Assembly (NCBI GenBank): GCA_032718475.1
Contig: JAUCBJ010009141.1
Span: 1 to 64,000, forward strand
Source of the DNA: Nemertoderma westbladi
Taxonomy: Eukaryota; Animalia; Xenacoelomorpha
DNA length: 64,000 bases
Direction of reading: 5' to 3'
Of the stretch, positions 60,540 to 64,000 are shown piece by piece (position 1 is the stretch's first letter; every line of letters begins with the position of its first letter). Made by a program: the position numbers and the translations under genes. The notes under the pieces were generated by a model. It did not search any database. It was not told the DNA's origin and saw nothing but the letters and a program-made list of their open reading frames with translations.

Positions 60540-63539
60540 TTAAATGAACGTCAAAAGAACAGGTAACACTTACATTTATAGAAGTAATCAGCTGTTATTT
60601 GCTACGTCTTTCCGCTGGAGATGGATGAATTTTGATTGCGTTGGAACACCCCCTATCTGTGACTTTCTGAGTGGAGAGATAAGTATCCTATCTCCCTATT
60701 AATATTGTTGTGTTCTAGAATTTTTTTTATAGTTTCATCGTATTGCCAAATTGACTAGAGCTGATGTTAACTCATAATACAATAATTCACCTCAAATATC
60801 TCAGCTATTTCATGAACATAATGAAGTATTAAAGCCATGTCAAAATAATTGGTGTTTTTCTGCAATAATTTATCAAAATATCCTCTGATTCTTTACTATA
60901 ACCATATCGATTTTAATATTTATAACTTCTAACCCACTCCACGAGATAGATAATCTTAAATGAAAATCAAAAGAACAGGTAACACTTACATTTATAGAAG
61001 TAATCAGCTGTTATTTGCTACGTCTTTCCGCTGAAGATGAATGAATTTTGATTGTGTCAGAAAACCCCCTATCTGTGGTTGTATGAGTTGAGAGATAAGT
61101 AGCCTATCTCCCTATTAATATTGTTGTGTTCTAGAATATTTATTATAGTTTCATCGCATTGCTAAAGTGGCTGGAGCTAAAGTTATTATGTAATGCAATA
61201 ATTCACCTCAAATATCTCAGCTATTTCATGAACATAATGAAGTATTAAATCCATGTCAAAATCCTTGGTATTTTTCTGCAATAATTTATCAAAATATCCT
61301 CTGATTTTTTTCAAAAACCATATCAATTTTCATATTTATAACTTCTATCCCACTCCACGAGATAAAGAATCTTAAATGAAAGTCAAAAGAACAGGTAACA
61401 CTTACATTTATAGAAGTAATCAGCTGTTATTTGCTACATCTTTCCGCTGGAGATGGATGAATTTTGATTGTGTCAGAACACCCCCTATCTGTGGCTGTCT
61501 GAGTTGAGAAATAAGTAGCCTATCTCCCTATTAATATTGTTGTGTTCTAGAATATTTATTATAGTTTCATCGTATTGCTAAAGTGGCTGGAGCTAAAGTT
61601 ATTATGTAATGCAATAATTCACCTCAAATATCTCAGCTATTTCATGAACATAATGAAGTATTAAAGCCATGTCAAAATCCTTGGTGTTTTTCTGCGATAA
61701 TTTATCAAAATATCCTCTGATTTATTACAAAAATCATATCGATTTTCATATTTATAACTTCTATCCCACTCAACGAGATAAAGTATCTTAAATGAAAGTC
61801 AAAAGAACAGGTAACACTTACATTTATAGAAGTAATCAGCTGTTATTTGCTACGTCTTTCCGCTGGAGATGGATTAATTTTGATTGCGTTGGAACACCCC
61901 CTATCTGTGGCTTTCTGAGTGGAGAGATAAGTATCCTATCTCCCTATTAATATTGTTGTGTTCTAGAATATTTTTTATAGTTTCATCGTATTGCCAAAGT
62001 GACTAGAGCTGAAGTTAACTCATAATACAATAATTCACCTCAAATATCTCAGCTATTTCATGAACATAATGAAGTATTAAAGCCATGTCAAAATCATTGG
62101 TGTTTTTCTGCAATAATTTATCAAAATATCCTCTGATTTTTTTCAAAAACCACATCGATTTTCTTATTTATAACTTCTATCCCACTCCACGAGATAGAGA
62201 ATCTTAAATGAACGTCAAAAGAACAGGTAACACTTACATTTATAGCAGTAATCAGCTGTTATTTGCTACGTCTTTCCGCTGGAGATGGATGAATTTTGAT
62301 TGCGTTGGAACACCCCCTATCTGTGGCTGTCTGAGTGGAGAGATAAGTAGCCTATCTCCCTGTTAATATTGTTGTGTTCTAGAATATTTATTATAGTTTC
62401 ATCGTATTGCCAAAGTGACTAGAGCTGAAGTTGACTCATAATACAATAATTCACCTCAAATATCTCAGCTATTTCAAGAACATAATGAAGTATTAAATCC
62501 ATGTCAAATTCCTTGGTATTTTTCTGCAATAATTTATCAAAATATCCTCTGATTTTTTTCAAAAACCATATCAATTTTCATATTAATAACTTCTATCCCA
62601 CTCAACGAGATAAAGTATCTTGTTGTGTTCTAGAATATTTTTTATAGTTTCATCGTATTGCCAAAGTGACAAGAGCTGAAGTTGTCTCATAATACAATAA
62701 TTCACCTCAAATATCTCAGCTATTTCATGAACATAATAAAGTATTAAATCCATGTCAAAATCCTTGGTATTTTTCTGCAATAATTTATCAAAATATCCTC
62801 TGATTTTTTTCAAAAACCATATCAATTTTCATATTTATAACTTCTATCCCACTCCACGAGATAGAGAATCTTAAATGAACATCAAAAGAACAGGTAACAC
62901 TTACATTTATAGAAGTAATCAGCTGTTATTTGCTACGTCTTTCCGCTGGAGATGGATGAATTTTGATTGCGTTGGAACACCCCCTATCTGTGGCTTTCTG
63001 AGTGGAGAGATAAGTATCCTATCTCCCTATTAATATTGTTGTGTTCTAGAATATTTTTTATAGTTTCATCGTATTGCCAAAGTGACTAGAGCTGAAGTTA
63101 ACTCATAATACAATAATTCACCTCAAATATCTCAGCTATTTCATGAACATAATGAAGTATTAAATCCATGTCAAAATAATTGGTGTTTTTCTGCAATAAT
63201 TTATCAAAATATCCTCTGATTCTTTACTATAACCATATCGATTTTAATATTTATAACTTCTAACCCACTCCAAGAAATAGATAATCTTAAATGAAAATCA
63301 AAAGAACAGGTAACACTTACATTTATAGAAGTAATCAGCTGTTATTTGCTACGTCTTTCCGCTGAAGATGAATGAATTTTGATTGTGTCAGAAAACCCCC
63401 TATCTGTGGTTGTATGAGTTGAGAGATAAGTAGCCTATCTCCCTATTAATATTGTTGTGTTCTAGAATATTTATTATAGTTTCATCGCATTGCTAAAGTG
63501 GCTGGAGCTAAAGTTATTATGTAATGCAATAATTCACCT
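60540..63539. repeat. 416-bp satellite array, block 4 (~7 monomers)
   Basis: Same monomer, broken mid-unit at AATTCACCT|G. Confidence 0.98.
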
Positions 63540-64000
63540 GCGCGAAGGTTTCACGTGCTGCGCAAAGCTTAATGTTCTGTGTAAAGGCTTATTATAAAAT
63601 TATGTGGAAATTTTATATAATTTTGAATGTTTCTTAAGGTTGTCTCATTATACCATGACTATTTATTACTAAAAGACGAAATAGTATGCGATCAAATCAA
63701 TTCGCCAAAATGAAATTTGTTCACGTGCTGCGCGAAGTGTTTTATTGGCAAGCACTCTAAAATTATTTTAACGGGTTGTTAAAAGTGGGTAGGGTTTTTT
63801 TTGAACCAAATTTCATGAAATCCATTGAGAAATCACAAAATATGGATAGGGGATAACCAATGGAAAAAGAAATGGAGATACCAGTACTGAAAATAGCGGG
63901 AACATTTGAAATATATTGTTCTTAAACTTTAAATGCGTTTATCTCGGAATTGTATTTTTCACATTCAAAATACTACTACTCAGCCATTTCTTAACCAATT
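63540..64000. other. Non-satellite sequence: another insertion or the array edge
   Basis: Abrupt junction. TTCACGTGCTGCGC occurs twice (~63550 and ~63720). The other end is outside the window. Confidence 0.5.

Noticed and set aside
37143-62825. Repeated 66-85-aa ORFs as a real multigene family
   Set aside because: They are open in only a minority of monomers, start at non-ATG codons and have no recognisable domain.
1780-63539. CRISPR-like array
   Set aside because: Units are whole 416-bp tandem monomers with no unique spacers, there are no cas genes, and the context is eukaryotic.

Overview
Eukaryotic, AT-rich heterochromatin-like DNA; arthropod-like is my impression only. The backbone is a tandem satellite with a 416-bp monomer (about 95 copies, with local higher-order duplications). 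It is interrupted by several mobile elements. (1) The end of a long LTR occupies 1-1779. (2) A non-autonomous piggyBac-type element (14621-34822, TTAA TSD) contains an 18.6-kb BEL/Pao LTR retrotransposon on the minus strand (14849-33492, ATTAC TSD, 1922-bp nearly identical LTRs). (3) A 5'-truncated RLE-type (CRE-like) non-LTR retrotransposon with a 15-bp TSD lies at 46470-47607. (4) A second piggyBac-type MITE lies at 59447-60539. (5) Unrelated sequence begins at 63540. The BEL/Pao element is the most unusual part. It has TA...TA ends and no tRNA primer-binding site; instead, the post-LTR sequence and the U5 end pair over about 30 bp with a segment inside its own LTR (Tf1-like self-priming geometry). 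It also carries a tRNA-derived A/B-box module in U3, a large env-position ORF encoding a DEDDy (WRN/EXD/Mut-7-like) 3'-5' exonuclease plus three CCHC knuckles, and a hairpin motif repeated 10 times in different reading frames.
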